Positions 1 through 10,069 of a DNA stretch of 32,000 bases are shown here, one piece after another. The notes beneath the pieces were generated by a model that had not been told where the DNA came from, searched no databases, and saw only the letters and a list, made by a program, of their open reading frames with translations. The stretch comes from Amoeboradix gromovi X-113 (lineage: Eukaryota > Fungi > Sanchytriomycota). The stretch lies in assembly GCA_018985225.1 (NCBI GenBank), contig JADGIF010000009.1, positions 1-32,000 on the forward strand. Direction: 5' to 3'. The stretch's first letter is position 1. Every line of letters begins with the position of its first letter. The translations under genes and the position numbers were made by a program.

Positions 1-954
1 CAAAAGGTGCATTTTCTTAGACGGTACTCTTATCTAGAGTCATTTTGTAATGTTATACTAACATCATTACTCTTATCTATTTCTTTGAAGTGTAATAGTG
101 ATATTTTATTTGAAATAAAGATTGGATGAAAGAGTAAGAGAATAGCTGTACAGAATATTTATTTTCCTTTTATACTCGTCAACTCCGCAACTAGCTGAAT
201 GTCCACTCGCTTCTTAAATCCATAAATTAATGAAGCTAAAATAATGATTCAAACTATTTCAGAAAGTTAGTCCAGTTTTTATATTTGATGTCCCATATGG
301 ATATGCAATTCAACACTCGAACATCTTCTAGATTGTAAAGGATTCTCTTGCTGGGGCTGGTGTTCATCGAATAGGACTTGCAGAGCAGCACAATATCTAT
401 ATTTATGTGATTTCTTTAAATTTGCCATATTCTGGCTGTAGCGGTTGAAAAAGCCATTTGCAATAGATAAAAAGAAGGAAAAAGTTTTTTATGCAATGAA
501 AAGACCAACGAAAGATAACATATTTCAGTAACAAATTTCATGCAATCTCGATAAACGATTTACTTAATTAATATCCCAAACGGATATTTCAATATTCTTC
601 TCAGCAAAAAATGCTCGTAAACGCCGGTATTGAGGAGATTGCCAAAGACTGGTAAGACGTGAATGATTGTTAAACGACTTACTAATGGAGGTAAGAGAAA
701 CCTACTTGACAAAAGCATTGATAACGGCTGATTCAATTGAATGTGAAAAAATTGCACAAGTCTACTGCATTCAAGTTGTGAACCATGCCGCTAGAGGTGA
801 AGTTATGTTCAAAATATTCTGCTCAGATTAGTTACAGGTGCCACCGATCAAACACGACACTGGATATTTAATTAAACCAGTTAATGCTACGTTCTCTACT
901 ATAAATAGCAAGCTTAGGTGGTTAATGGGGTGGATTCGCATTAGCCATATGGAT

Positions 955-3792
955 TTAAAAATAACCTACACCCACTTCCCAATTTATCTTCTTCAATAGT
1001 CTTCTAACCATTCTTATTCTCCATATCTCACCAAATGTCAAATCGAGAAACGTTTCCATCTTGGTATCCACTGTAATCTCCACATTCACATTCGCTATTT
1101 CTTCGTTCTCCAGTCTTACCATCAACTCGTGATTATCTGGCAAACATTCGCAAATCTCGAAGTAGTTTAACTTTTCAATAATCTTAATAATCAAGTACCA
1201 CACTCGGGTATCTTTAATACAATATTTCGTAAGCTTGCCTATATAATACGCTGCCTCATTCTCGTCGCCTAAAATGTTTATAAATGATTTCAGAACCAAA
1301 CAAATCACTGACAAATTAGATTTTAGGTATGCACTAAATACCAAATATCTCTGTTCCTGGTGCATGTATTCTGACACGTTTCTTATACTGTTTATGATTG
1401 AGGGTAACGTAGAGTAATCAATGTCGATAATTTGAATATCGACAAAATCTTTTTGCTTTTCCTCCCGACAATTCAGCAAGTCGATGCTCAAATGCTTTCT
1501 GTGCTTGCTATAAAAAAGTCTAATGTCTCTATTATCCCAATGCTTACATATCAGCTTATAGTCATTTAGTGTAAACATTGATAGCTCGAACCTGCTACGT
1601 TTTATTTTGCGCAATAACTCATCATCCAGGTATACATTGTCGCAGTACTTGTTTATGATTTTACCAAGCTCAGTGCTATTATACAGTGCGCCAAACAATT
1701 GCAAATCATCTGACCTATTAAAGTCAAATCTTATATTTTCAATAACATTTGGGGGATTTATTGTTTTCTTGAAATACAAAATACAGCTTAGTTTGTTAAT
1801 TGACGATTTTTTAAATAGCTCAGTTACAAATGAGTCACTCAGCGATTTGTGAGTTAATAAAGCATGCAAGTTAATGTTTGTTAATCGGGGAAATATCAAC
1901 TGTAAGCAATGATTGCAATAATCGTCATCACAGTTGATCAGATACTCTACTATGACACGGGGTTCCAAACCTTTTAGGACATGATAAAGCTCATTGTTCT
2001 TGTATTTTATATCACAAAATAATTTGAAAATCAAGAAATAGTTGCGATGACTATTTTGAAATAGTTTGGGTATATAATCTGTCTTATAAACCATCATTAA
2101 ATATAGCAAATCAATATTCTCATTAGTAAAATTAGATCTTTCATATTTCTGAATAACTTGCTTGATAAACTGTTGTAATACATTGCAGTTCAACATCTTC
2201 ATCATTTCAACAAACAATTGCTGCATCTCACCTACGAACAAATTGAAGGAGCTCAGTTTTGTGTATAATGACCATATACATCTATATCGTAGGGGTTGCA
2301 CTTGCGTTATTAATTGTACCCAATACTGTAAAAATTGGCAAGTTAAATCAGCAGGCTTCGCAAAAGTAGTGCAAGAATCAAAAAGACAGTATAAATACTC
2401 TTCACCCATTTGGGTATTGCGTATATTTGTATTTATTAACAATGGCATAATCTGTAGTTTGAAATTGTTTCGAATCAAATTTCTAACTTCATCTGAATGT
2501 ACACTATCCATCTCAATAACGATTCTAATCATGTTTCCTATTAAATCTAATGGTACGTTGATCAATTCCATCTGAAACATTGATTCCAATATTGTAAATC
2601 TCTCAGATCTTGTTAGGAATTTTAAATCATGATTCAGAAACATCAGATAGCACAGCAAGTTCGAATCTTGTTCATGAGGAGGACCGAAAACAGCAAACAC
2701 ATTTATTTTTATATCGCTGTTTACCATTGTAGCAATTATGTTAAAAACCGAATGGTAATCAACAGATGTCTTCAGAGAGTGTAGCAACATGGACGAAAAC
2801 AATTTTATGGCAAAAGGTTTGTAAAAGCAACCGTGGATGAGCCCGAATTTGAAAGAAATACTGGGCTTGTGCATAAAACTTGAGTCAGATTTGCTTCTAG
2901 CCACTGATTTATCAGTAGTTTCTTCAATATGGGACGACTCAGAGCAAATTGTGTATTCTCCCAATAAATCATTCAGTTTTAATGACGAACGTGAAGGAGC
3001 ATTAAAACTAGAAAACGAGAAAGATTTTTTAGCAGCGCTTGTTGAAGACTTATGCTCCATTTGTTTAAACGCTCTATTTGTAGGTAGGTTACCAATTATT
3101 CGCTCTTGTGAATCTACCGGAAAGTTTTGATCAAATCGATATTCAAATATTGATGACTTACAACGGTCTCTCTTGAAAGTCGTATCGTCCTCTAGAACTT
3201 CTACTTTACCAATTTTAACATCTTTCTTTGCAACATCAACCTCAACAGAAGCAGATTTGACATGCACAGCGGGCAAAAACCCATGAAGAGACGATTTAGA
3301 TATTTCCTTTGGTCTTCGAATAATCTTTTTTTTCCTAGCCAAATCCTCTGGGTGAACGTATTTGAATTCTGGTGTTTTAGTAACTGCTCTTAACGCTGAA
3401 ACAGGCTCTTCTTCAGATTCGCTTAAAATTGTATTATTTATCGAGTTTACGGCTGCTGGACATACATCAACTTCATCTGAAGATGTGTGCACCACTGAAT
3501 TGGGATCTATTTCAGAAGCAAATATATTTGACTTCTTGTTTGGAGATTGCGTATGATCTGAATCCTCTACGTATTCTGAGTCATAATTCAGAGTATCAAG
3601 TAAAACTCTCTTCTTTGGGATTATAGTAGTTGTTGGTGGTAGCAAGTTTGCCGCAAACATCTGTTTTAAAAAATAGATATTAAAGGGATTTACTTCCTTT
3701 AAATCGAGAAGACTGTGCAGAAATTCTTTATTCAATCTTTTAAGCTCCTTCTGTACCTTTGCTTTCGCATATAGCTTTGTTTTGGGGTACAA
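955..3792 (-). CDS. Hypothetical ~900-945 aa protein; Ser/Lys-rich disordered N-terminal third, alpha-helical (ARM/HEAT-like?) C-terminal region
   Basis: Uninterrupted 2.8-kb ORF. The track start is TTG and the first ATG is at 3660 (MFAANLLPP). No family motif recognised. Confidence 0.7.
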   Translation of the reverse strand: MYPKTKLYAKAKVQKELKRLNKEFLHSLLDLKEVNPFNIYFLKQMFAANLLPPTTTIIPKKRVLLDTLNYDSEYVEDSDHTQSPNKKSNIFASEIDPNSVVHTSSDEVDVCPAAVNSINNTILSESEEEPVSALRAVTKTPEFKYVHPEDLARKKKIIRRPKEISKSSLHGFLPAVHVKSASVEVDVAKKDVKIGKVEVLEDDTTFKRDRCKSSIFEYRFDQNFPVDSQERIIGNLPTNRAFKQMEHKSSTSAAKKSFSFSSFNAPSRSSLKLNDLLGEYTICSESSHIEETTDKSVARSKSDSSFMHKPSISFKFGLIHGCFYKPFAIKLFSSMLLHSLKTSVDYHSVFNIIATMVNSDIKINVFAVFGPPHEQDSNLLCYLMFLNHDLKFLTRSERFTILESMFQMELINVPLDLIGNMIRIVIEMDSVHSDEVRNLIRNNFKLQIMPLLINTNIRNTQMGEEYLYCLFDSCTTFAKPADLTCQFLQYWVQLITQVQPLRYRCIWSLYTKLSSFNLFVGEMQQLFVEMMKMLNCNVLQQFIKQVIQKYERSNFTNENIDLLYLMMVYKTDYIPKLFQNSHRNYFLIFKLFCDIKYKNNELYHVLKGLEPRVIVEYLINCDDDYCNHCLQLIFPRLTNINLHALLTHKSLSDSFVTELFKKSSINKLSCILYFKKTINPPNVIENIRFDFNRSDDLQLFGALYNSTELGKIINKYCDNVYLDDELLRKIKRSRFELSMFTLNDYKLICKHWDNRDIRLFYSKHRKHLSIDLLNCREEKQKDFVDIQIIDIDYSTLPSIINSIRNVSEYMHQEQRYLVFSAYLKSNLSVICLVLKSFINILGDENEAAYYIGKLTKYCIKDTRVWYLIIKIIEKLNYFEICECLPDNHELMVRLENEEIANVNVEITVDTKMETFLDLTFGEIWRIRMVRRLLKKINWEVGVGYF

Positions 3793-3909
3793 ATATTATT
3801 TAGTAAGTGATTATAATAAAAGTGCAGGCGATGATGCCAAAACCTTGAAAAATGTTCTAGTTTAGCAATATTTCAGTTTGAAGTTGGGTGAAACTCTAAG
3901 TTCTTGAAA

Positions 3910-4675
3910 ATGTATCAGGGAAAAGTAGTAATTGTAACGGGATGCTCCAAAGGTATTGGAAAAGCTACAGTGGAACAGCTTTATCAATTGGATAGTTCTA
4001 TTACTGTAATTGGTGTAGCAAGAAGCGAAAAGGACTTGCAAAGTTTGAAGGAAACCTATCCGAGATTCGATTATGTTGCTGGTAGTTTAACCAACAATTC
4101 CACAATACAAGAGCTTACAAAGTTGATAGACTTAAAATATAGAAAGGTCGATGCCTTAATAGCCAATGCTGGCGTATTGAATCCAATTGTACTTCATGTT
4201 AATTTAGACTCATATTCCAAACATAGATATGGAAGAGTTCAGATATGCATTTGATGTTAACTTTTTTTCGGTTGTTAGCTTAATAAAAGAGCTTTGGGTT
4301 TATGTAAGACACGGCCGAGTTATTTTGAACAGTAGTGGGGCAGCTATGCATGCGTATCACGGCTTATCGGCATACTGCTGCTCTAAAGCTGCCTTGAATA
4401 TGTTTGGGTCTGCTATTACCAAAGAAGGAGGATTTAGTATTGCGATTAGACCTGGAGTTGTTTCCACAGATATGCAAACCCAACTAACATCTGCCAACGA
4501 GCTAACTGCAGAGGACAAAGCATATTTCTTGGATCTTAGAGATGGAGATAAACTCATTGCACCGTCAACCACTGGTAAGCTTTTTGCGAAGTTGGCTATT
4601 GGTGTTGTCAAGCAGGAATGGAACGGATTATTCTTAAGTCATGACGATGAAATGCTAAGCCAATTAAGCGATTAA
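3910..4675 (+). CDS. Short-chain dehydrogenase/reductase (SDR), 2 exons: 3910-4188 and 4208-4675
   Basis: TGCSKGIG Rossmann motif, NAG motif, SSGAA and catalytic YCCSK. Removing the 19-nt intron 4189-4207 joins the two track ORFs in frame (NPI|THIPNIDMEEF). Confidence 0.92.
4189..4207 (+). other. 19-nt spliceosomal intron (gtacttcatgttaatttag)
   Basis: GT..AG boundaries; removal restores the SDR frame. Confidence 0.88.
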
Positions 4676-4726
4676 ATAAACGCTTTGGTTTACTAAATAT
4701 GATGTAAAACTAATAGCATTTATTAA

Positions 4727-5260
4727 TTATTCTACTATGACAGTGGAGCCATCTATTTGCAAAACAGAATACTTCATTAACAATCCATCTTGAACATTTC
4801 CAGTTAATTTGCCGTCTTCTCTTGTGATACTCACCGCGCCTTCTACTGTTCCATTCCCCCAAACTCCGTCGATCAAAATTTTGGATTCAAATTTGAAGTA
4901 TTCACCAGGACCATTCTTATTGTTGTCCTTCCAATATCCCTTGAAATAATCCTGGTTAGGGTAAATATAAGTACCTTCACCATCTCTCTGGCCTTTCAAA
5001 AAATTTCCAGTATAAACTCCACCATTGTTATACACAAATTTACCAGTTCCTTCTTTGTAACCAAGCACCCAAGAACCTTCGTAGCTAGCTACCTCTTTGC
5101 CACTTTCAAAGTATTTATACGTGCCTAATCCATTTCTTTTACCATGAGCAAATTGACCCTCGTATGTATCCCCATTGACATAATATGCCTTCCCAGTGCC
5201 TTCCCTTTCGTGAAGGTCATTTCTTTGTCCATCATATTTTGAAATTTGAGACTCACTCAT
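4727..5260 (-). CDS. RSPH1: MORN-repeat protein, radial spoke head 1-like
   Basis: Tandem MORN repeats (YEGQFAHGKRNGLGTY etc.). The N-terminus YDGQRNDLHEREGTGKAYYVNGDTYEG resembles RSPH1. Confidence 0.75.
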   Translation of the reverse strand: MSESQISKYDGQRNDLHEREGTGKAYYVNGDTYEGQFAHGKRNGLGTYKYFESGKEVASYEGSWVLGYKEGTGKFVYNNGGVYTGNFLKGQRDGEGTYIYPNQDYFKGYWKDNNKNGPGEYFKFESKILIDGVWGNGTVEGAVSITREDGKLTGNVQDGLLMKYSVLQIDGSTVIVE

Positions 5261-5352
5261 GTTGACCTATTTATTTAATAAAATTATATCGGGACGATCT
5301 AGCTCAAAGCGTCAAAACAAATCAGTTCCTGCATATTTAAATTTTTGTTTAC

Positions 5353-5571
5353 TTACAACTTCTTTACGAATAAATCGGACTTTTCTACAAATCCGACAGC
5401 ATAATTTAAACAAAAATCTCCTAAGTCTAAAAATCCGTCACAAAGACTTCTCAATCCTGGAATTTTGATCATATCGACCTTAAACCGATGGCCGCTACAT
5501 CTCTGTATTCCGGCGAGAGTAGTGGAAAGAATTACGGCATGAGCTGAAAAAGAAATTAAAGAACGTAACAT
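5353..5571 (-). CDS. Small fungal DUF1748-like protein
   Basis: 72 aa. AVILSTTLAGIQRCSG and FLDLGDFCLN match the DUF1748 pattern (AVLxSxxLAGIxRxTG ... YLxxGE). Confidence 0.7.
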   Translation of the reverse strand: MLRSLISFSAHAVILSTTLAGIQRCSGHRFKVDMIKIPGLRSLCDGFLDLGDFCLNYAVGFVEKSDLFVKKL

Positions 5572-5586
5572 AAATTCACCCTTTTA

Positions 5587-6024
5587 TTAACCAGACGATG
5601 TAATGGTACGTACCAAGTCATGGTAGTTTACAGTTCCATCCTTTTGAACATCGACTAGCTTAAGCAGTTCCTCAAATTCATCTTCACTTAGCTTTTCTCC
5701 CAAGTTTGTCAATACGTATCTCAATTCAGCAACAGTAATAAATCCGTTATTTTCTCGATCAAAAACTTGGAATCCTCTTACGAATTGTTCGTATGTGCCT
5801 GGAAGGTCAAAACCGCCTTGTCTTTGAACGATTGATAATACTTGATCAAAGCTTAATTTGGTTGTGTCGGCAGCCAAGACCTTTACTTGAGCTTCAGTTG
5901 GATTCTGTCCAACAGCTCTTAATACATTTCCTAATGATGCAGATGGTATAAATCCTTTTCCTTCTTTGTCATAGAGAGAGAATGCCTCTTTCCATTCAGT
6001 TACCTGTTCTTCAGTAGCAGACAT
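5587..6024 (-). CDS. MLC1: Myosin essential light chain (Cdc4/Mlc1-like EF-hand protein)
   Basis: [47 protein letters not shown] at 6024 (the track start at 6066 is TTG). Confidence 0.92.
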   Translation of the reverse strand: MSATEEQVTEWKEAFSLYDKEGKGFIPSASLGNVLRAVGQNPTEAQVKVLAADTTKLSFDQVLSIVQRQGGFDLPGTYEQFVRGFQVFDRENNGFITVAELRYVLTNLGEKLSEDEFEELLKLVDVQKDGTVNYHDLVRTITSSG

Positions 6025-6291
6025 TTGTTTCAGGATCAAAAATTCAATCCATACAAAACACGCCAACAGCGACGTCAGGGCATCATGTAAAACTTCTAAA
6101 AGAGTTTTAGTAACGCTAATGATTATTCAATTGCTACATATAAGCCTGTTTTAATCTCTACAAAATAGAATAAAGCCTGACATCATGAAGCTTCATATCT
6201 CAGTTCGTTGCAGTATTTCAGCTCATTGCAATACTTCAGCTAGTACTGACCTTCCTGATAAACTTGCTGATTTGGATCTCTTTGAAACCTG

Positions 6292-6930
6292 ATGAAAATT
6301 GAAAAGGATTTGAAATTTGATTTAGAAGAATTCTGCATCCCTACACACTATAACGATGATGTAGAGTATGTTATGATTCCTCATGGTCTCATTCAGGATA
6401 GAGTTGAAAAGCTCGCAGAACAAATTGTAGAAGAGACGAGTGACGGAAGTTTAGTTGCTTGTTGTATTCTAAAAGGAGGCCATTTATTCTATTCTGATCT
6501 AATGAAATCAGTCAAGAATAAACGTAGAGTAGTCAACGCAAGGTTGGAGCAGGTTAGATTACAATTAGAATTCATTAGGGTAAAAAGCTATCATAACTCC
6601 CATTCAACTGGCAAAGTAGATATACAAGGAATAGATTTATCAGGATTGAAAGGCAAGCATGTGCTGTTAGTTGAGGATATTATTGACACTGGTACGACTA
6701 TGAGGGAGTTGTTAAAAGCTATTCATCAATATGAACCGAAATCGATCAAGGTAGTATCTCTGTTAGTCAAGAGAACCCCATTATCAAATGGATATACTCC
6801 TGACTATTATGGATTCAGCATACCAGATGTGTTTTGTGTTGGGTACTGTTTAGACTATAATGAGTATTTTAGAGATTTGGATCATATTTGCGCTATTAGT
6901 GAAAAAGGAAAAGAAAAGTACAAGCAATAA
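6292..6930 (+). CDS. HPRT: Hypoxanthine-guanine phosphoribosyltransferase (animal-like type)
   Basis: FCIPTHY, CILKGG, IRVKSY, PRPP loop VLLVEDIIDTGTT, GYCLDYNEYFRDL. Confidence 0.96.
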   Translation: MKIEKDLKFDLEEFCIPTHYNDDVEYVMIPHGLIQDRVEKLAEQIVEETSDGSLVACCILKGGHLFYSDLMKSVKNKRRVVNARLEQVRLQLEFIRVKSYHNSHSTGKVDIQGIDLSGLKGKHVLLVEDIIDTGTTMRELLKAIHQYEPKSIKVVSLLVKRTPLSNGYTPDYYGFSIPDVFCVGYCLDYNEYFRDLDHICAISEKGKEKYKQ

Positions 6931-6955
6931 ACGGTTTAAATCAAAGCATCTACCT

Positions 6956-7696
6956 TTATTTTAGCAGTTCATTTTGCGTCATAACGAGTTTTGGCGAAAT
7001 TTTCTTATTTTTAGGACCCAGATATTTGTCCATGAACTCAGATTCAAAGACGAGATTCTGCAGAAGAGTATAGGTACTAGATGTGCACCAGAATACTACA
7101 ACAGATTCTGGTAACAGTGATGCAATGGGAATAGAAATTCCTGACAAGCCCGCCAAAAAGTATTTCATTTGGGTGCTCGGAGCTGGGAATAAATAGCAAT
7201 TTATACTATGCAGCATTCCGATATAAATTGCAAGTGGCCATAGGCCAGTTGTATCTAAATCCCAAATTTGTACCGGAACATGCAGATTGTTATCTATCCA
7301 ATTTGGTAAAAAACCGCCCATTCCGGACATCTTGCGAAGACTCAGCGATGCATATATCCATATAGGAAGCTGAGCAAGTGGGGCAAACAACCGAGTCTTT
7401 AGGAAAGATATTTTGTGCTTTGCAAATATAAATTGTCTTGCATTAGTTACTTCTTGGGTGATTTCCGATTTTCTTAATGGTTCTTGCCTAAATCTAGACA
7501 TCCTTATCATATGCGGTGGTATGCTTGAATTAATTGCTTTAAATAGACTTTGTACAGCATATAATTGTCGTTTCGATCGAGCTGACAATATATATAAAGG
7601 TACGCAGAACAATTTAATGCCCACTGTCCAAACAATTATGGCACTTCTGTTGCCGCCTGTGTATTCTTTCACTTTGTGATGAACGGTTGCCAGCAT
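6956..7696 (-). CDS. COX18: Oxa1/YidC-family mitochondrial insertase, Cox18-like
   Basis: AIIVWTVGIKLFCVPL, PLAQLPIWIYASLSLRKM and LPESVVVFWCTSSTYTLLQN are typical Oxa1/Cox18 segments. Confidence 0.8.
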   Translation of the reverse strand: MLATVHHKVKEYTGGNRSAIIVWTVGIKLFCVPLYILSARSKRQLYAVQSLFKAINSSIPPHMIRMSRFRQEPLRKSEITQEVTNARQFIFAKHKISFLKTRLFAPLAQLPIWIYASLSLRKMSGMGGFLPNWIDNNLHVPVQIWDLDTTGLWPLAIYIGMLHSINCYLFPAPSTQMKYFLAGLSGISIPIASLLPESVVVFWCTSSTYTLLQNLVFESEFMDKYLGPKNKKISPKLVMTQNELLK

Positions 7697-7751
7697 CTCC
7701 CCGGTTGTAAATGAAATTTTACTACTCCTTCAAAACAACTCTATTACAACA

Positions 7752-8201
7752 ATGACCAACAAAGTACCTAAATACCCACCGAGAATAGATGAATATTGCT
7801 TTATAACTTCATACCAAACTCACACAAATCGCGAGAAGAATGGTGAGCCAATTATTCGGATGAGATGTCTAAAGCGCAATTTAGAAACAGTTTATAACCG
7901 CAAAAATCCTTGGAATAAATTAGAAGGTTACTATTACGAGGATGCAGTTGGAAAAGATGCGATATCACACACTGATTCAATGTCGAATCCTATCTCATTC
8001 AAACGGGTGGATCTTGGACAACAATCTCATGAATATTTTGTTAAAATCAAAGGCATTTTGACAAAGCTGTGGAGACCTGGACTAGATATGTCTCGTAAAA
8101 TGGTTACAGGAGAAGTCAACTACAACCCAATTTTGGAAAACATCGAAAACGGGAGTAAGATCTTCAATAAAATTTATGAGTTTTGGTCGAAGAAGGACTA
8201 G
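7752..8201 (+). CDS. Hypothetical protein (149 aa)
   Basis: ATG-initiated ORF divergent from COX18 and followed by AATAAA. No motif recognised. Confidence 0.55.
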   Translation: MTNKVPKYPPRIDEYCFITSYQTHTNREKNGEPIIRMRCLKRNLETVYNRKNPWNKLEGYYYEDAVGKDAISHTDSMSNPISFKRVDLGQQSHEYFVKIKGILTKLWRPGLDMSRKMVTGEVNYNPILENIENGSKIFNKIYEFWSKKD

Positions 8202-8897
8202 TTGTTATGTTTCTCTAATAAAGATTTTATCATTCTTTAATTGGTTCTTCTTGCCGAAAGCTTTTCAGATTCATGCGACATATGAGGACAACTGAATGTT
8301 TAGTTTTTAGCGGCACACTGGTTTGATACTCCTATTAAATCAGCTTGAAGTCACAAGAATTGCTCCGAGTATTAGCATAAGCCTTATTAAACTCGATCTC
8401 AAATAGTTGGATTGAAAGCAATTTCTGTCCTATGACGAATGGACAGTTGAGCGTAACAGATATTATTGAAGGAAAAAGAGGTATTAAGTAATTAGATTTT
8501 CTAGACTATCTAAAACCACATCATACAACTCTTGTAAGATTTTTGCACGACATTGAAATCATCAATAGCACCAAAAAATAAACAAATATGGATCTGGCGA
8601 ACAGAGAACTAGTGTGGCAAAATATTCTGCCTGCGAGTATTGTATGAGATGATAGAAAAGTAATTTCAAGATGTGAGAATTGAAAGAACCTGATTTACAA
8701 TGATGCTTGAAGTTTTAAGCACAACAATAGGAATATCGCAAAAGGAGTACTTGAGAGCAACTGTTTGCCGTCCAAAATCCATGGGATACAGACGGGATAT
8801 TTCTGCGTGACATGCTATACCTTTTGAGACATTTGTTTTGAAAAGTTTGCCTAGTTTTGTAAAATTTGGCCCAAAACTTGCTTACTCCTTCATACCT

Positions 8898-10061
8898 ATG
8901 AATGCTATATCGGGGCTCCTTGGTGCGCAGCCAGAACTGCTACTTGCTATAGATAAACCAGAATACTCAGAAGAGCAACCTGCCCTCACTCAGTCTCAGA
9001 TAATAAAAGGCCCATCAAGTAAATACTTTGTTTATCTTAAAGGTAAAATAGTAATAAGAGTAAAACATGGCAAGTCGCTTCAGCACAATGGAATAGATAT
9101 TCAATTTGTTAATGCCATTGAAAACGATTTTGATAAGAGTTGTAATATGATTCTAAATAGTGTGGGTCTTAGTATCGACGCCACAAATCCACTAAATGAA
9201 AAGAACTTACCAATCATCGGTGGAAGTGTAGTTCCATTCGAATTTGCTTTGCCAATCACTTACGAGTCTTATATGGGTAAAAGGGTTAAGGTAATATATT
9301 TTGTAGAGTGTACTATCAAGAAAACCTTAAATAACACCGTTGCCAAGGAGTTTGTCACTATTTCTCCAAACTATTTCCTTAAGCCTATACCTCCACAACG
9401 CCCAATTCACTTAGAAGTTGGAATTGAGGATGTGTTACACCTAGAGCTTTCTTGTAAAAAGAATACTTTTCATTTAAATGACTGCATTGTGGGCCTTTTG
9501 TCATTTATTCTGGTCCGCATTAAAATTAAGACTATAGAATTGCAAATACTGAGAAAGGAGGGTGTGGGTACTTTTAGCACTAGTAACGCATCTGAGCAGC
9601 AAATTATCACTAGTTTGCAGGTAGTTGATGGTTCAATCAGCAAGGGTGATATGGTACCTATACGTTTATTTCTAGCCGCTTTGCAGCTTAGCCCTACATT
9701 TAAAGAGATTGAGAAGCGAATTTCTGTCCGCTATTTCTTAAATTTAGTTCTTGTGGATGAAGAAAACAGAAGATACTTCAAGCAACAAGAAATTGATATG
9801 TATCGTGAAATACCTGGAATAGCAAACAAACAAATAGAACCAAGCTCAGCTCCATTAATTCTGAGTACTCCTGTAACTGTAGAGAGCGAGCAGGGTGTTA
9901 CTCTACTGCATGCTCAAGAAGAACCTCAGGAGTTGAAGGAAGGGACAATTACACCACCACTGGAAGTACAAGCACAAACAACGAGTTCATCCTCGAACAC
10001 AGATAACGAAGAGAATGAAGACCCGTTATACGCGTATCCAGCTGCGAATGTTTGGAAATAA
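8898..10061 (+). CDS. VPS26: Retromer subunit Vps26
   Basis: LEVGIEDVLHLE, FILVRIKIK, ISVRYFLNLVLVDEENRRYFKQQEI. First ATG is at 8898. Confidence 0.95.
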   Translation: MNAISGLLGAQPELLLAIDKPEYSEEQPALTQSQIIKGPSSKYFVYLKGKIVIRVKHGKSLQHNGIDIQFVNAIENDFDKSCNMILNSVGLSIDATNPLNEKNLPIIGGSVVPFEFALPITYESYMGKRVKVIYFVECTIKKTLNNTVAKEFVTISPNYFLKPIPPQRPIHLEVGIEDVLHLELSCKKNTFHLNDCIVGLLSFILVRIKIKTIELQILRKEGVGTFSTSNASEQQIITSLQVVDGSISKGDMVPIRLFLAALQLSPTFKEIEKRISVRYFLNLVLVDEENRRYFKQQEIDMYREIPGIANKQIEPSSAPLILSTPVTVESEQGVTLLHAQEEPQELKEGTITPPLEVQAQTTSSSSNTDNEENEDPLYAYPAANVWK

Positions 10062-10069
10062 TAAATAAA

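Noticed and set aside
1-950. ORF-poor stretches (also 8210-8830, 13710-14190, 14880-15280) as RNA genes or hidden exons
   Set aside because: I found no tRNA/rRNA signature, repeat or convincing spliced frame by eye.
1607-3626. Plus-strand ORFs antisense to the 945-aa gene, and similar antisense ORFs elsewhere (e.g. 7413-7679, 14544-14855, 21739-22110, 22714-23148, 26347-26796, 31337-31573)
   Set aside because: Shadow ORFs of real genes or pseudogenes on the opposite strand, with no motifs.
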